From a bacterium (lineage in GTDB: Bacteria; Electryoneota; Electryoneia; Electryoneales; Electryoneaceae), in assembly GCA_043801585.1 (NCBI GenBank), contig JAZDLX010000007.1:64001-128000 (forward strand): a stretch of DNA of 64,000 bases, read 5' to 3'. This document shows positions 18,404 through 28,198 of this stretch, in pieces. A model generated the notes under the pieces. That model was given only the letters and a program-made list of their open reading frames with translations. It was not told the DNA's origin and did no database searches. The first letter of the stretch is position 1. Each line of letters begins with the position of its first letter. Both the position numbers and the translations under genes were made by a program.

Positions 18404-19977
18404 GCTGGTTCACCTCATTGTCCCTGCGGCTGTTCCTCGGTGCGGCCGGTGGGCTCGGATTCAGCCTGTTCCTCAGCCGCTATCTCCTCTCGAAGGTAAG
18501 CGGAGCGGGGTATCCGGTTCTTCCGATTCTTGTGATGATCCTGCCGCTGCTTCTGGCGCTGACGATCTTCATCATCATCCCTGAGTGGATCATCCGCCAT
18601 CGCTGGGAGAGGAAATGGCTTCCGGGCGCCAACGGAGTGCGAGAGATCCTCCCGGAAAAGAGACTGGCGTTCATTCAGGCGGGACTTCGCGAACTGACCG
18701 GACCCTGGACATTTCCCCAGATGGCGCGAAACCACACACGCCTGTTCACGACTGGATGGGCAAAAACACTCCTGCGCCTTCGTGCCCGAGACGTATGGAC
18801 GTGGGAACTTTACGCGCTCTCCTGGTATGCGCTGAAAGATGACGAAGACGCTGTCGATGAATTGCGCGGGCTGCTGATGGAGAGCCGGACGCTGGAAGAT
18901 GCAGCGTTTGACGTCGGTCTCTCCGTGCTCGACGTTCGCCAGGCGGATGTCGATCTGGCCATTCTGCTCTCGCATGAAGGTCTCGTGCGCGAATTCTCAC
19001 GTCTTAATCCAGAACGGCGTGTGCTTCTTGAAAATGTCTGGCTCGCGGCCTATGCGCGTGACGAAGCCTCACGCGGGGAACTGTTGCCTCATCTGACAAA
19101 ACTCTTTCTCCAGCAGCAGCGGCGCGATGAAGTATCGGGGCGAATTTACCTCGATGCTTTCATCGCGGGAATCCGCTCGCCTGATCTGAGGATGGAGATG
19201 CGGAGGGTGGCGGCGGTGCTTGCCCGAACCGGCCGGAGCCCTGAGATGACCGCAAATCTGCGAGCGCTGGCGGGCAGCGGAAATGGCCATGAACCGCCTC
19301 AGGAGGCGGGTGTCGAGGTCGACACTGGCACGATCCTCCGGGCGCCTACCGCGTGGAGCGAGTTCAAATCCGCCTTTCCAAAGGATGCGGATCTGACGCA
19401 GGAGGTTCCAGATTCCAAAACCGCAGGTAAAGGACGCATACGGATTTCGAAAAGTGTAGCGAAAGAGACAGAAGCGGTGGTTGGTCTCAGGGAACAGGCA
19501 GGCAAACGGAAATCCTGGAAACGTGAAAGGACGAAGGCTCTCGGCGTTGGTTCTTCCATAAGGGTCTGGGTTGCGATCGTTCTGGTGGTGGTTCTGACTG
19601 CGACAGGAGCCGCTGTTGCGTGGTATTTTGCGACGACCCGTGAAAAGCCGCCCCAGTTGGAACCCGCAACGGTCTCGAAACCCGTTTCGACCAGGGGCGT
19701 GGAGTCCGAGCTGCCTTTCACGATTCAGGTTGCGGCGCTTCCCCAGCGTGGAGCGGCGTTCGACCGTGTGCGCACGCTCCGTTTGCAGGGATTGGATGCC
19801 TATTACGTGATCACCCAGCGAGGTGATGCCAGTTGGTACAGGGTTCGATTCGGCCATTTTGAGACCACACGGGCCGCACAAGCTGTGGCGGACTCCCTGA
19901 GGGAACTCGGTATCATCAATGAATATTTTGTAGCAACCTTCGAGCAGGGTGTTGTCCCGCCGGATCGATCTCGCTAA
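18400..19977 (+). CDS. Membrane protein with C-terminal SPOR domain
   Basis: Two N-terminal TMs, a helical middle region, a third TM, then a SPOR domain (FTIQVAA...WYRVRFGHFET...A). Confidence 0.82.
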   Translation: MSWFTSLSLRLFLGAAGGLGFSLFLSRYLLSKVSGAGYPVLPILVMILPLLLALTIFIIIPEWIIRHRWERKWLPGANGVREILPEKRLAFIQAGLRELTGPWTFPQMARNHTRLFTTGWAKTLLRLRARDVWTWELYALSWYALKDDEDAVDELRGLLMESRTLEDAAFDVGLSVLDVRQADVDLAILLSHEGLVREFSRLNPERRVLLENVWLAAYARDEASRGELLPHLTKLFLQQQRRDEVSGRIYLDAFIAGIRSPDLRMEMRRVAAVLARTGRSPEMTANLRALAGSGNGHEPPQEAGVEVDTGTILRAPTAWSEFKSAFPKDADLTQEVPDSKTAGKGRIRISKSVAKETEAVVGLREQAGKRKSWKRERTKALGVGSSIRVWVAIVLVVVLTATGAAVAWYFATTREKPPQLEPATVSKPVSTRGVESELPFTIQVAALPQRGAAFDRVRTLRLQGLDAYYVITQRGDASWYRVRFGHFETTRAAQAVADSLRELGIINEYFVATFEQGVVPPDRSR

Positions 19978-20016
19978 CCTTCCCTCATCACCTATCGGAA
20001 ACGTACGGAACCGCTG

Positions 20017-20955
20017 ATGAACTCTCTTGATGTCATGGGTGTCGGCCGCGCCGTGATCGATTACGCCGTGCTCGTACCAAAGTACCCTGTGGCTGACCAG
20101 AAGACGGAGGCGTTGGACCGTTATTACGGCAGTGGCAGTCCGGTGCCGAACGCGCTCTGCCAATTGTCACGTTGGGGGTGGAAAACGGCACTCACAGCGG
20201 TGATTGGGGATGATCGAGAGGGGGATGATTTCATCCGGGATCTGACTTCTTGTTCGGTTGATACGGCTTTCGTAACAAGAAGAACCGGGCAATCGACACC
20301 GCGCGCTTTTATCTGGGTGGAAGCCGGCAGTGGAAAGCGTACAATCGTTTTGGACAGGGCACTTGCGCCACTCTCAGTGGGAGACCTACCTTTCGGCAGT
20401 CTACATCCATCGCGTTTCTTGTTGGTCGATGGTTACGAAGCCAGTGCGAACCTCGCCGCGATGAAAGCAGTGCGCGAGGGGGGCGGAGAGGTGATGCTCG
20501 ACGTGGGCGCTGTTCGGGAGCAGATGGACGAACAGCTCGCGCTCTGTGACTGGATCATTACATCTCTTGCCTTCGCCAAAGAGCGGTATGGCAACCTCGA
20601 TCTGTTCCAGGTTGTTCGTGAGTTGCTCGGTTTCGGCGCCAAAGGCGCGGTGGTGACCAACGGCGCGGGTGGATGTGTTGTCGCCTGGGAACAGCAGGTG
20701 GAATGGTTTCGCAGCTATCGCGTCGAGACGGTGGACACGACTGGTGCGGGCGATGTTTTTCATGCGGGGTTTCTGCACGGACTGTTGAAAGGGTGGTCGG
20801 TGCCGTCATCGGTTCGTTGGTCGTCGGCAGCGGCGGCTCTCTCGGTTACAGCTCTCGGAGGACGTGGAAAACTGCCGGATGAAGTGGAAGTGCGGGATTT
20901 ACTGGTGAGGGAAGGGGAACCGTGGGACGGAAAGCCGGAAAACGAGTGGAGGTGA
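20017..20955 (+). CDS. PfkB family carbohydrate kinase
   Basis: VVTNGAGG and VDTTGAGDVFHAG. Confidence 0.93.
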   Translation: MNSLDVMGVGRAVIDYAVLVPKYPVADQKTEALDRYYGSGSPVPNALCQLSRWGWKTALTAVIGDDREGDDFIRDLTSCSVDTAFVTRRTGQSTPRAFIWVEAGSGKRTIVLDRALAPLSVGDLPFGSLHPSRFLLVDGYEASANLAAMKAVREGGGEVMLDVGAVREQMDEQLALCDWIITSLAFAKERYGNLDLFQVVRELLGFGAKGAVVTNGAGGCVVAWEQQVEWFRSYRVETVDTTGAGDVFHAGFLHGLLKGWSVPSSVRWSSAAAALSVTALGGRGKLPDEVEVRDLLVREGEPWDGKPENEWR

Positions 20956-21842
20956 ACCCGGATCAAGAGGATCAGCTTGCTCTGCCGGGTTTTGAATCCA
21001 CTGCCGGAATCGAAGGCAACGGGAACGGATCGAAGAACGGGAAGTCCGAGGATGTCTCCGCCGAAATGGAGGTCCCGGAGGAACTGGCGATCGAGCTCCA
21101 CACCCGCACCTTTTACAAAGGCAAGCAGCACAAAGGCCGCTGGCACGATACAGTGTTCGCCGGTGACAACATGCACGTGTTGGAGAGCATGCCCGACGAG
21201 ACTGTGGATCTGATCCTGACCGATCCACCCTACAATATCAATTACCGTTCCAACCGGCGTGTTAAAAAGGCGAAGTTCAAACATATCGAAAACGACAATC
21301 ACGGCGATTGGATCCCCGAATTCGCCCGTGAGGCCTATCGGGTACTCAAGGACAACCGGCACCTCTATTGTTTCTGCCGTCACGACACCTACCCGGAGTT
21401 CATCAAGGCGCTGCAGGATACCGGTTTCAAGATCAAGCGAACCCTGATCTGGGTCAAGAACAACCACGGAAGTGGCGATCTGAAAGGAGATTACGCCCCC
21501 CAGGACGAGTGGATCATCTATTGCCACAAGGGACGACGTGAACTTTTCGGGAAACGCCATTCGAACGTTCTCGTCTTTTCCCGTCTGAACAGCGACAAGC
21601 TGTTGCATTCAACGGAGAAACCGGTTGAGTTGCTGAAATTCCTCATCGAAAAATCGACGAAGAAGGGTGAACTTGTCCTCGATCCATTTGCGGGCTCGGG
21701 ATCGACAATGCACGCCGCGAAGGAGTTGGAACGGTTCTACTGCATCGTGGAGCTTTCGGACGCCTATTACCTGACGAGTGAGATGCGACGAGGGGAACTT
21801 GATCAGATAACGCTTGAGGATCAACTGTACAAGGATCTCTGA
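20952..21842 (+). CDS. Orphan N6-adenine/N4-cytosine DNA methyltransferase (beta class)
   Basis: Catalytic DPPY precedes HSTEKP and the SAM-binding LDPFAGSGST. The GTG start overlaps the pfkB stop. Confidence 0.9.
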   Translation: MNPDQEDQLALPGFESTAGIEGNGNGSKNGKSEDVSAEMEVPEELAIELHTRTFYKGKQHKGRWHDTVFAGDNMHVLESMPDETVDLILTDPPYNINYRSNRRVKKAKFKHIENDNHGDWIPEFAREAYRVLKDNRHLYCFCRHDTYPEFIKALQDTGFKIKRTLIWVKNNHGSGDLKGDYAPQDEWIIYCHKGRRELFGKRHSNVLVFSRLNSDKLLHSTEKPVELLKFLIEKSTKKGELVLDPFAGSGSTMHAAKELERFYCIVELSDAYYLTSEMRRGELDQITLEDQLYKDL

Positions 21843-24800
21843 TGAACAGTGAAGGTGAACTGGTCGTAACAGGAAGCTGGGTAAAATCCCAGCCTTTCTC
21901 GTTATGGCTGTTATGGATTGCACTGTTCCTCCCCGGTGTTGTCCGCGCGGCGTCCCTCTGGGAGCAACGGGTTGATTATCGGATGGATGTTTATCTGAAC
22001 GACGAATCACGATCGCTCGACGCAACGGTCACAATTACCTACATGAACAATTCTCCTGATACTCTGGATGCGATCTGGTTCCGTCTTCCTCCCGCGGCGC
22101 TTCGCGATGACTCTCCTGAGGAGAATACCCTTTATCGTGGAGCTGCACATCGGTTAAGGATCGTACCGAAGGAAGAGTGGGGGAACCTGGTCGTTCATGG
22201 TGCAACCTGTCAGACACGCCAGGTGCGGTTCGAACAGGACGGAAGCATCGGCAGGTTGATTGTATCGCCGGCCATCCAACCGGGCGATTCCCTCGAATTT
22301 CAGCTCGACTTCACGACTCTGTTTCCCACCGGAGAAGCTCAATCCAGGATCGGGTACAGCCGTGGACAGTACAAGGGCGCCTACTGGTATCCGATGATCT
22401 GTCCCTACACCTCGCTGTATGGCTGGACGGTGAACCGATACTTCGGGACAGCGGAGGCCTACGGAGAATTCGGCGATTACACCATCCGTTATCATGTCCC
22501 CAACCGCTTTATCGTTGCCTCTACCGGTGAGCTGGTCAACGAGTCGGATGTCCTGCCTCCAGAGCGATTGGCGGGACTGGCATTCGACAATCCCACTCCG
22601 ATCCCGATTCCCGGAGGCGAGGAAGGCGAAAAAGAGGCCGTCTGGGAGTACCATGCGCACCTGGTGACCGAGGTCGCCTTCGCGATGACCCCGGATTTTC
22701 TCATTGATCGCAAGGATTTTGGCCATTTCGAGGCGTGGGCCTTCGTGCGCCGAGGGCGTCAACAAAAATGGCCAGATGCCACCAGCATCCTGGGGTGGAC
22801 GATCCTCCAGTTGGAACAGATCTATGGACCTTACCCGTGGCCGAGGGTGATGATGACCGACTCCTGGTCCGGCATGGAATACCCCATGCTGACCATGATG
22901 AGCAGTGAATCACCCCGTTACCATTATTTCCTGATGCATGAGGTCATCCACAATTATACCCCGATGATCATCCACTCCAACCCCGTCGACGCGCAGGTGC
23001 TGGATGAGGGATTCACGACTTTCGTTGAGCACAGTCTCGCGGTTCGCTACTCCGGGACTGCATGGAACAAGCTGACCGATGTGAGACGGGGACCGTTTCA
23101 ACAGGAAATCACCCTGCGTGATGATTGGGAGCGAGGGTTAAGACCTTATTTCGAAGCAGTCCTCGCCGGAGAGGACCTGCCGATGGTACGCGGGGCGGAT
23201 GTGGCGGAGGATTACCCTCTGTTGCGTGCCTCGACGTATTACAAGACTCCCGTGATGCTGAACGCGCTCCGGTATGTCATCGGTGAGCAGGATTTCTGGG
23301 CGGGGATGAAGGAATATTACCGCAGGGGAGCCTTTCATCATATAGACGAAACGGATGTCGTCGAAGCGTTCAGCACCGCCGCGGGCCGGCCGCTCGGGTG
23401 GTTTTTCAAACCGTTCCTGTATGGAACGGGTGATATCGATTATCGAGTCGGGGGATTCTACAAGCATCGCAGTGGTTCCGAGTGGCAGATAGAGTTCAGC
23501 GTGAAGCGTCCGGGTGACATTCGGCTTCCCGTAAGGTTGGGTGTGGTGACCTCCCTGGGGGACACCCTGCGCGGCGAAATCGCGTTTCTCGATACGGATC
23601 CTGAGTTGCCGGGGTACGAGCGGTGGGGTACTTGGGATCAGCTTCACGAACCGGATGATTCCAGGATATTCCACATTACGCTGTCCACGGAGGCCACGCC
23701 AGTTGAACTGATGCTCGATCCTGATCACCTTCTGGCGGACCGCAACCCTCTGAACAATTCCACCCGTTCTCACTTCTCCGACCGATTTGACGTCGGGATT
23801 CTCCCTGTCGCCCCGGACGTGCTCGATCGATCCACCATTCGGTTTCGACCGGCCATCGGTTATGCGGAAGAGACGGGAGCTCTGGTAGGTGTCAACGCCA
23901 GTCATGGTTGGATGAACACGGTCTCACGGTTTCAGATGCAGGCGTTCTGGAGAACATATCCGCCGGGAGACGGTAATCAGGTGCGACTCGGTTTTTCCAA
24001 CCCGATTCCACCGGGAAATGGTCCCATCCGGGGATCGGTCTATGCGGGCAACGTATTCGACGAAACCTGGTACGAAGGCGGTGTCGAGGCAAAATGGCGG
24101 TTGTGGCGGCCGGAACGGACCAGTTTCCGTGCCCAGCTTCGGATGGGGTATTGGGAAGGTGATGTCTGGATGAGATCCCGTCCCAGTGCATCCTACCTGA
24201 CGATGATGCTGGAGAAGAAGTGGGAGGAGATACAGGGTCACAGCGGCTCCACCAACGTCTGGATGGCCACAGGACTGCAAACGGAGGGATGGTTCTCCCT
24301 CGATGCATCGCACCAGACGAACTACGATCTCTCCGCCTGCGCCTATCTGCCCGTTCTCCGCTGGTTCAGGCATTTTCACCTTGAGGTGTCGGAGAGGTAT
24401 GTAGGGCAAACAGGGGGAGTCCCCTCGCTGTTTCTTGCGACACCAACGTTTGGAATGCGCTACCAGGTGCTCGGTTCGCCGATCGCAGGCGCTCCCTGGT
24501 CGGCGCTTGCAGGTCCTTACGTGGATCGCCCTGCACTCATCCCAGGCATGGACTTTGTCCCGTTGCGGGATTTCGTTTCGCTGGGTACGCGGTTGGATTG
24601 GACACCTTATTCCCTTTTTGGTCCCCAAACGGACACGTTTATCAGCCGTTTTTGCGAGCATCTCCATTTCGGGGCGAGGGGCAGCGGGTTGACCCGCAGT
24701 CTTAAATTCACCTCGCAGGAGATCGCGTATAGCGCGGGGATCGATGCACAGCTTGTTGACCTGTATGGTGTTACGTTAACAGCGGCGTTGCCATTTGTCG

Positions 24801-24910
24801 TAAAGAATCCAGGCGAAGTTCATGCAGACTATGATGGGTTGCGGTCCTTGACCTGGAGACGTGATGTCAAATTCATGATTTCCCTGGATCCTGATCTTTT
24901 CGTTCGTTGA
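21842..24910 (+). CDS. Exported M1 family zinc aminopeptidase with long C-terminal beta-rich region
   Basis: Signal peptide, WEQRVDYRM, GMEYP, HEVIH-x18-E, YYK. Confidence 0.88.
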   Translation: MNSEGELVVTGSWVKSQPFSLWLLWIALFLPGVVRAASLWEQRVDYRMDVYLNDESRSLDATVTITYMNNSPDTLDAIWFRLPPAALRDDSPEENTLYRGAAHRLRIVPKEEWGNLVVHGATCQTRQVRFEQDGSIGRLIVSPAIQPGDSLEFQLDFTTLFPTGEAQSRIGYSRGQYKGAYWYPMICPYTSLYGWTVNRYFGTAEAYGEFGDYTIRYHVPNRFIVASTGELVNESDVLPPERLAGLAFDNPTPIPIPGGEEGEKEAVWEYHAHLVTEVAFAMTPDFLIDRKDFGHFEAWAFVRRGRQQKWPDATSILGWTILQLEQIYGPYPWPRVMMTDSWSGMEYPMLTMMSSESPRYHYFLMHEVIHNYTPMIIHSNPVDAQVLDEGFTTFVEHSLAVRYSGTAWNKLTDVRRGPFQQEITLRDDWERGLRPYFEAVLAGEDLPMVRGADVAEDYPLLRASTYYKTPVMLNALRYVIGEQDFWAGMKEYYRRGAFHHIDETDVVEAFSTAAGRPLGWFFKPFLYGTGDIDYRVGGFYKHRSGSEWQIEFSVKRPGDIRLPVRLGVVTSLGDTLRGEIAFLDTDPELPGYERWGTWDQLHEPDDSRIFHITLSTEATPVELMLDPDHLLADRNPLNNSTRSHFSDRFDVGILPVAPDVLDRSTIRFRPAIGYAEETGALVGVNASHGWMNTVSRFQMQAFWRTYPPGDGNQVRLGFSNPIPPGNGPIRGSVYAGNVFDETWYEGGVEAKWRLWRPERTSFRAQLRMGYWEGDVWMRSRPSASYLTMMLEKKWEEIQGHSGSTNVWMATGLQTEGWFSLDASHQTNYDLSACAYLPVLRWFRHFHLEVSERYVGQTGGVPSLFLATPTFGMRYQVLGSPIAGAPWSALAGPYVDRPALIPGMDFVPLRDFVSLGTRLDWTPYSLFGPQTDTFISRFCEHLHFGARGSGLTRSLKFTSQEIAYSAGIDAQLVDLYGVTLTAALPFVVKNPGEVHADYDGLRSLTWRRDVKFMISLDPDLFVR

Positions 24911-24915
24911 AGGAA

Positions 24916-26346
24916 ATGATGCTTTCAGCAAAAACATTGCACAATCCACCTCGTCTCCATTTCAGCGGCATCGGGGGCACCGCGATGGTCGCCGGTGCGC
25001 GCCTTGCACTCGAAGTGGGATGGGAGGTTCGCGGCAGCGACAATCCACTCTATCCACCGACTTCGGAGATGGTGCGGGAACTGGGTGTCCAGGTTTATGA
25101 AGGCTACGCGGCTGAAAATCTTGCCTGGCAACCCGATCTTGTCCTCGTCGGAAACGCCCTGAGCAGAGGGAATCCGGAAGTTGAGGAGATGCTGCGTCAA
25201 CGGATTCCCTACGCCAGCCTTCCGGAATGGTTGAAGAGCGAAGTGCTGCAAACGAGACGGCCGGTGGTAATCGCCGGGACGCACGGGAAGACCACGACCA
25301 CCGCTCTGACAGCTTTCCTGCTCGATCGTTGCGGATTGAACCCCGGATTTCTCATCGGTGGCCAACCTCTTGACTTTCCGTATTCGAGCAGATTGGGGCA
25401 GGAAGGAGGACCGTTTGTCATTGAGGGAGACGAATACGATACCGCCTTTTTTGACAAGCGAGCGAAATTCTTTCATTACATCCCCGAAATCGCGGTTGTC
25501 ACCTCCATCGAGTACGACCATGGCGACATCTACCGGGACGTCGAGGAGATCGAGCGTGCCTTTTGCCTGATGCTCCGTCAGGTTCCACCGGGAGGTTGGT
25601 TGATCGCCTGTGCGGACGATCTCCGCTCCCTATCGCTGACCAAGGACGCCCCGTGCAGGGTGGTGACCTATGGTTTTTCCGAGAATGCCCATTGGCGCGG
25701 TGAAGAGATGGGGATCTCGTCGGGATTCAGCGGGCTCGCCGTATATCGTGGGGAGAAACGATTCGCGGAACTCGCCGTTCCGCTCTTTGGCCACCATAAC
25801 CTTCGAAACACTCTTGCGGCGGTGGCCGTCGCCGCGACTCTTGGGGCGACGAGCAGTGAAATCCAGACAGCGTTAATGGAATTTCGGGGGGTGCGAAGGA
25901 GGATGGAAGTCTTCCTGAATGCGGGGCAGAGGGTGTTTGTGGACGATTTTGCCCATCATCCGACCGCAATCCGTGAAACGATCGCAGCGGCACGGTTGCG
26001 CTGGCCTGATCACAAACTTCGAGTTCTGGTTGAACCTCGATCCAACACGATGGTCCGGAAGATCCATGAGAAGGACCTGGCTGAGGCGCTCGGGGGTGCG
26101 GATGAGGTTGTTTTCGGGCCGATTTATCGTGCTGAACGGATTCCCGGACCGGAACGGCTGGACCGCGAAAAAATACTGTCAGAATTGAAGAAACATGGCA
26201 TTTCAGGTTTTTTCACGGATTCCGTGCCTCAGATCACGAAATACCTTATCGATGTTGATGAAACGCGGACAATTGATCTGATACTGTCGAACGGATCGTT
26301 CGGCGGGTTGTACGAAGCCCTTCGAGACGCGTTTGGATCGGGGTAA
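24916..26346 (+). CDS. mpl: Murein peptide ligase Mpl
   Basis: GIGGTAM, YPP, GNALSRGNPE, GTHGKTTT, EGDEYDTAFFDKRAKF, DDFAHHPTAI, EPRSNTM, SNGSFGG. Confidence 0.95.
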   Translation: MMLSAKTLHNPPRLHFSGIGGTAMVAGARLALEVGWEVRGSDNPLYPPTSEMVRELGVQVYEGYAAENLAWQPDLVLVGNALSRGNPEVEEMLRQRIPYASLPEWLKSEVLQTRRPVVIAGTHGKTTTTALTAFLLDRCGLNPGFLIGGQPLDFPYSSRLGQEGGPFVIEGDEYDTAFFDKRAKFFHYIPEIAVVTSIEYDHGDIYRDVEEIERAFCLMLRQVPPGGWLIACADDLRSLSLTKDAPCRVVTYGFSENAHWRGEEMGISSGFSGLAVYRGEKRFAELAVPLFGHHNLRNTLAAVAVAATLGATSSEIQTALMEFRGVRRRMEVFLNAGQRVFVDDFAHHPTAIRETIAAARLRWPDHKLRVLVEPRSNTMVRKIHEKDLAEALGGADEVVFGPIYRAERIPGPERLDREKILSELKKHGISGFFTDSVPQITKYLIDVDETRTIDLILSNGSFGGLYEALRDAFGSG

Positions 26347-26414
26347 CAGGGAGAATCGATCTGGACTATATTGACTTTCAGTTGAAGGTTTTTAAGAGTC
26401 AGACTTGAAATTCC

Positions 26415-26506
26415 GGGAGCGGATGTGATCCTGGTGGACGCCGCGGCCTTCAAAGCCGTTGTGGGACCTGACCGTCCCGGCTCGGTTCGATTCCGAGACG
26501 TTCCCG
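26415..26506 (+). tRNA. selC: tRNA-Sec, anticodon UCA
   Basis: Acceptor GGGAGCG/CGTTCCC with discriminator G. Long D-stem with TGGT loop. Anticodon arm GCGGC-CTTCAAA-GCCGT (TCA at 26450-26452). Long variable arm GGGAC/GTCCC. T-arm CTCGG-TTCGATT-CCGAG. CCA is not encoded. Confidence 0.92.
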
Positions 26507-26563
26507 CTACCCGAGCAGCGCTGAACGGGATGGGCTGCGACAGGGATGACCGGAGACAGGTGG

Positions 26564-27337
26564 ATGGGGCTTCGCAACGCATGCAGGGTCACCTTCCGGA
26601 ATGCGGAAGGCAGCGAGCTGTGCGGCCACATCGAACGCCCGCAGGACCGTGAACCGTATGCATGGGCGATTTTCGCACACTGTTTCACCTGCAACAAAAA
26701 CTACAAAGCACCCGTCTTCATCAGCAGGTATCTGGCGGATGCGGGAATCGCAACCCTTCGCTTCGATTTTCCGGGGTTGGGCGGGTCGTCCGGAGATTTT
26801 GCGGACACGACTCTTTCCGGATACGTTCGGGATGTTGTCTCTGCAGCATCTTTTCTGACGCAGCATTTTCGCTCTCCCCGCGTCCTCATCGGTCATTCCA
26901 TGGGAGGCGCGTCGGTGTTGCTCGCTGGATCGCAGATCAGCGGCGTCGAATTGATCGCAACCGTTGGCGCTCCCTCGAAACCCGGGCAACTTGGAAAAAA
27001 CCTGCAGGTCGCCAGGGAACAGGCCGTGGAAAGAGGCATCGGTGAATTGCTTGTGAACGGCCGGACGTATCGGCTTCGCAGGGATTTTTTCGATGACCTG
27101 GAGCGGCACGACCTGCATAAGGGACTTGACGCTCTGCGCTCGAAATTGCTGATTGTGCATAGTCCCAGCGACGACATCGTACCCTATGAAAATGCGAAGC
27201 GTTTGATGGAGTGGGCGCACGCGCCGAAATATCTGCTCACACTCGATTCGGAAGCAGACCATTTGTTGAGTCGGGAGCAGGACGCCTATCAGGTGGCTCA
27301 CGCTATCGTGATCCGTGTCCGGAAGGGTGTTCACTAG
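26564..27337 (+). CDS. Alpha/beta hydrolase (family usually fused to OsmC; standalone here)
   Basis: AIFAHCFTC, LRFDFPGLG, GHSMGG nucleophile, HSPSDDIV, ADHLL. Alternative start at 26546. Confidence 0.88.
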   Translation: MGLRNACRVTFRNAEGSELCGHIERPQDREPYAWAIFAHCFTCNKNYKAPVFISRYLADAGIATLRFDFPGLGGSSGDFADTTLSGYVRDVVSAASFLTQHFRSPRVLIGHSMGGASVLLAGSQISGVELIATVGAPSKPGQLGKNLQVAREQAVERGIGELLVNGRTYRLRRDFFDDLERHDLHKGLDALRSKLLIVHSPSDDIVPYENAKRLMEWAHAPKYLLTLDSEADHLLSREQDAYQVAHAIVIRVRKGVH

Positions 27338-27411
27338 GAGAAACCGAGATTAAATCATATATAACAATTACATAACAATGCGTGAAGCCCAACGGGTAGT
27401 GTCGTCGATTG

Positions 27412-27440
27412 TTGCCTTTCAAAGGCACCCCAGCTATATT
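27412..27440 (+). promoter_or_regulatory. sigma70-type promoter for yggS-divIVA
   Basis: TTGCCT-17 nt-TATATT. The same pattern recurs in the window. Confidence 0.65.
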
Positions 27441-27466
27441 GCAACCTGCCTGAAACGGGCAATGCC

Positions 27467-28189
27467 ATGATAAAGAACGCACTATCGCAACGGTTAGCTG
27501 AAGTTCAACGCCAGATTGCGGAAGCCGCCCGAATCGCAAACCGCGATCCAGCGGGCGTTACGATCATCGGCGTGACGAAGACTCTACCAGCGGAGCTGGT
27601 TGCGGAGGGTGTTGCAGCGGGTTTGACAAACCTTGGCGAAAACCGTCTTCAGGGAGTTCCTGAAAAAGTGGAGATGGTGAAGCGGCTCGCAGGGGCTGGT
27701 CTGGCCGAGCGGTTGACCTGGCATTTCATCGGCCACCTGCAAACCAACAAGGTTCGTTCTGTACTCGAGACGTTTACGCTGATACACAGTCTGGACCGCG
27801 AGAACCTTGTGGACCGTGTGGACCGAACCGCGGGTGAGTTGGGGATCGTCGCTCACGGTCTGATCCAGGTAAATGTCAGCGGCGCGGAAAGCCAGGGGGG
27901 AGTCGAGCCGGAAGCGTTGATGAAGTTGGCGGAGATTGCCTCGAATCGTGAATTTCTTCGAGTGCACGGTTTGATGGCGATCGGTCCGAATACGGACAAT
28001 GCGGATGACATTCGGAGGGCATTCCGCAGTGTTCGCGGACTTGCAGCGGAGGTTGGCGCAACCAACCTTCCCGGTGTGACAATGGAAATGCTCTCAATGG
28101 GAATGAGCAATGATTATCAAATCGCTGTTGAAGAGGGTGCGACCCATGTACGGATTGGAACGGCCATCTTTGGCCCCCGCTGGACTTGA
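27467..28189 (+). CDS. yggS: PLP homeostasis protein YggS/PLPBP
   Basis: GVTKT, GENRLQ, WHFIGHLQTNK, LSMGMSND, VRIGTAIFG. Confidence 0.97.
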   Translation: MIKNALSQRLAEVQRQIAEAARIANRDPAGVTIIGVTKTLPAELVAEGVAAGLTNLGENRLQGVPEKVEMVKRLAGAGLAERLTWHFIGHLQTNKVRSVLETFTLIHSLDRENLVDRVDRTAGELGIVAHGLIQVNVSGAESQGGVEPEALMKLAEIASNREFLRVHGLMAIGPNTDNADDIRRAFRSVRGLAAEVGATNLPGVTMEMLSMGMSNDYQIAVEEGATHVRIGTAIFGPRWT

Positions 28190-28198
28190 GAGGAAACC

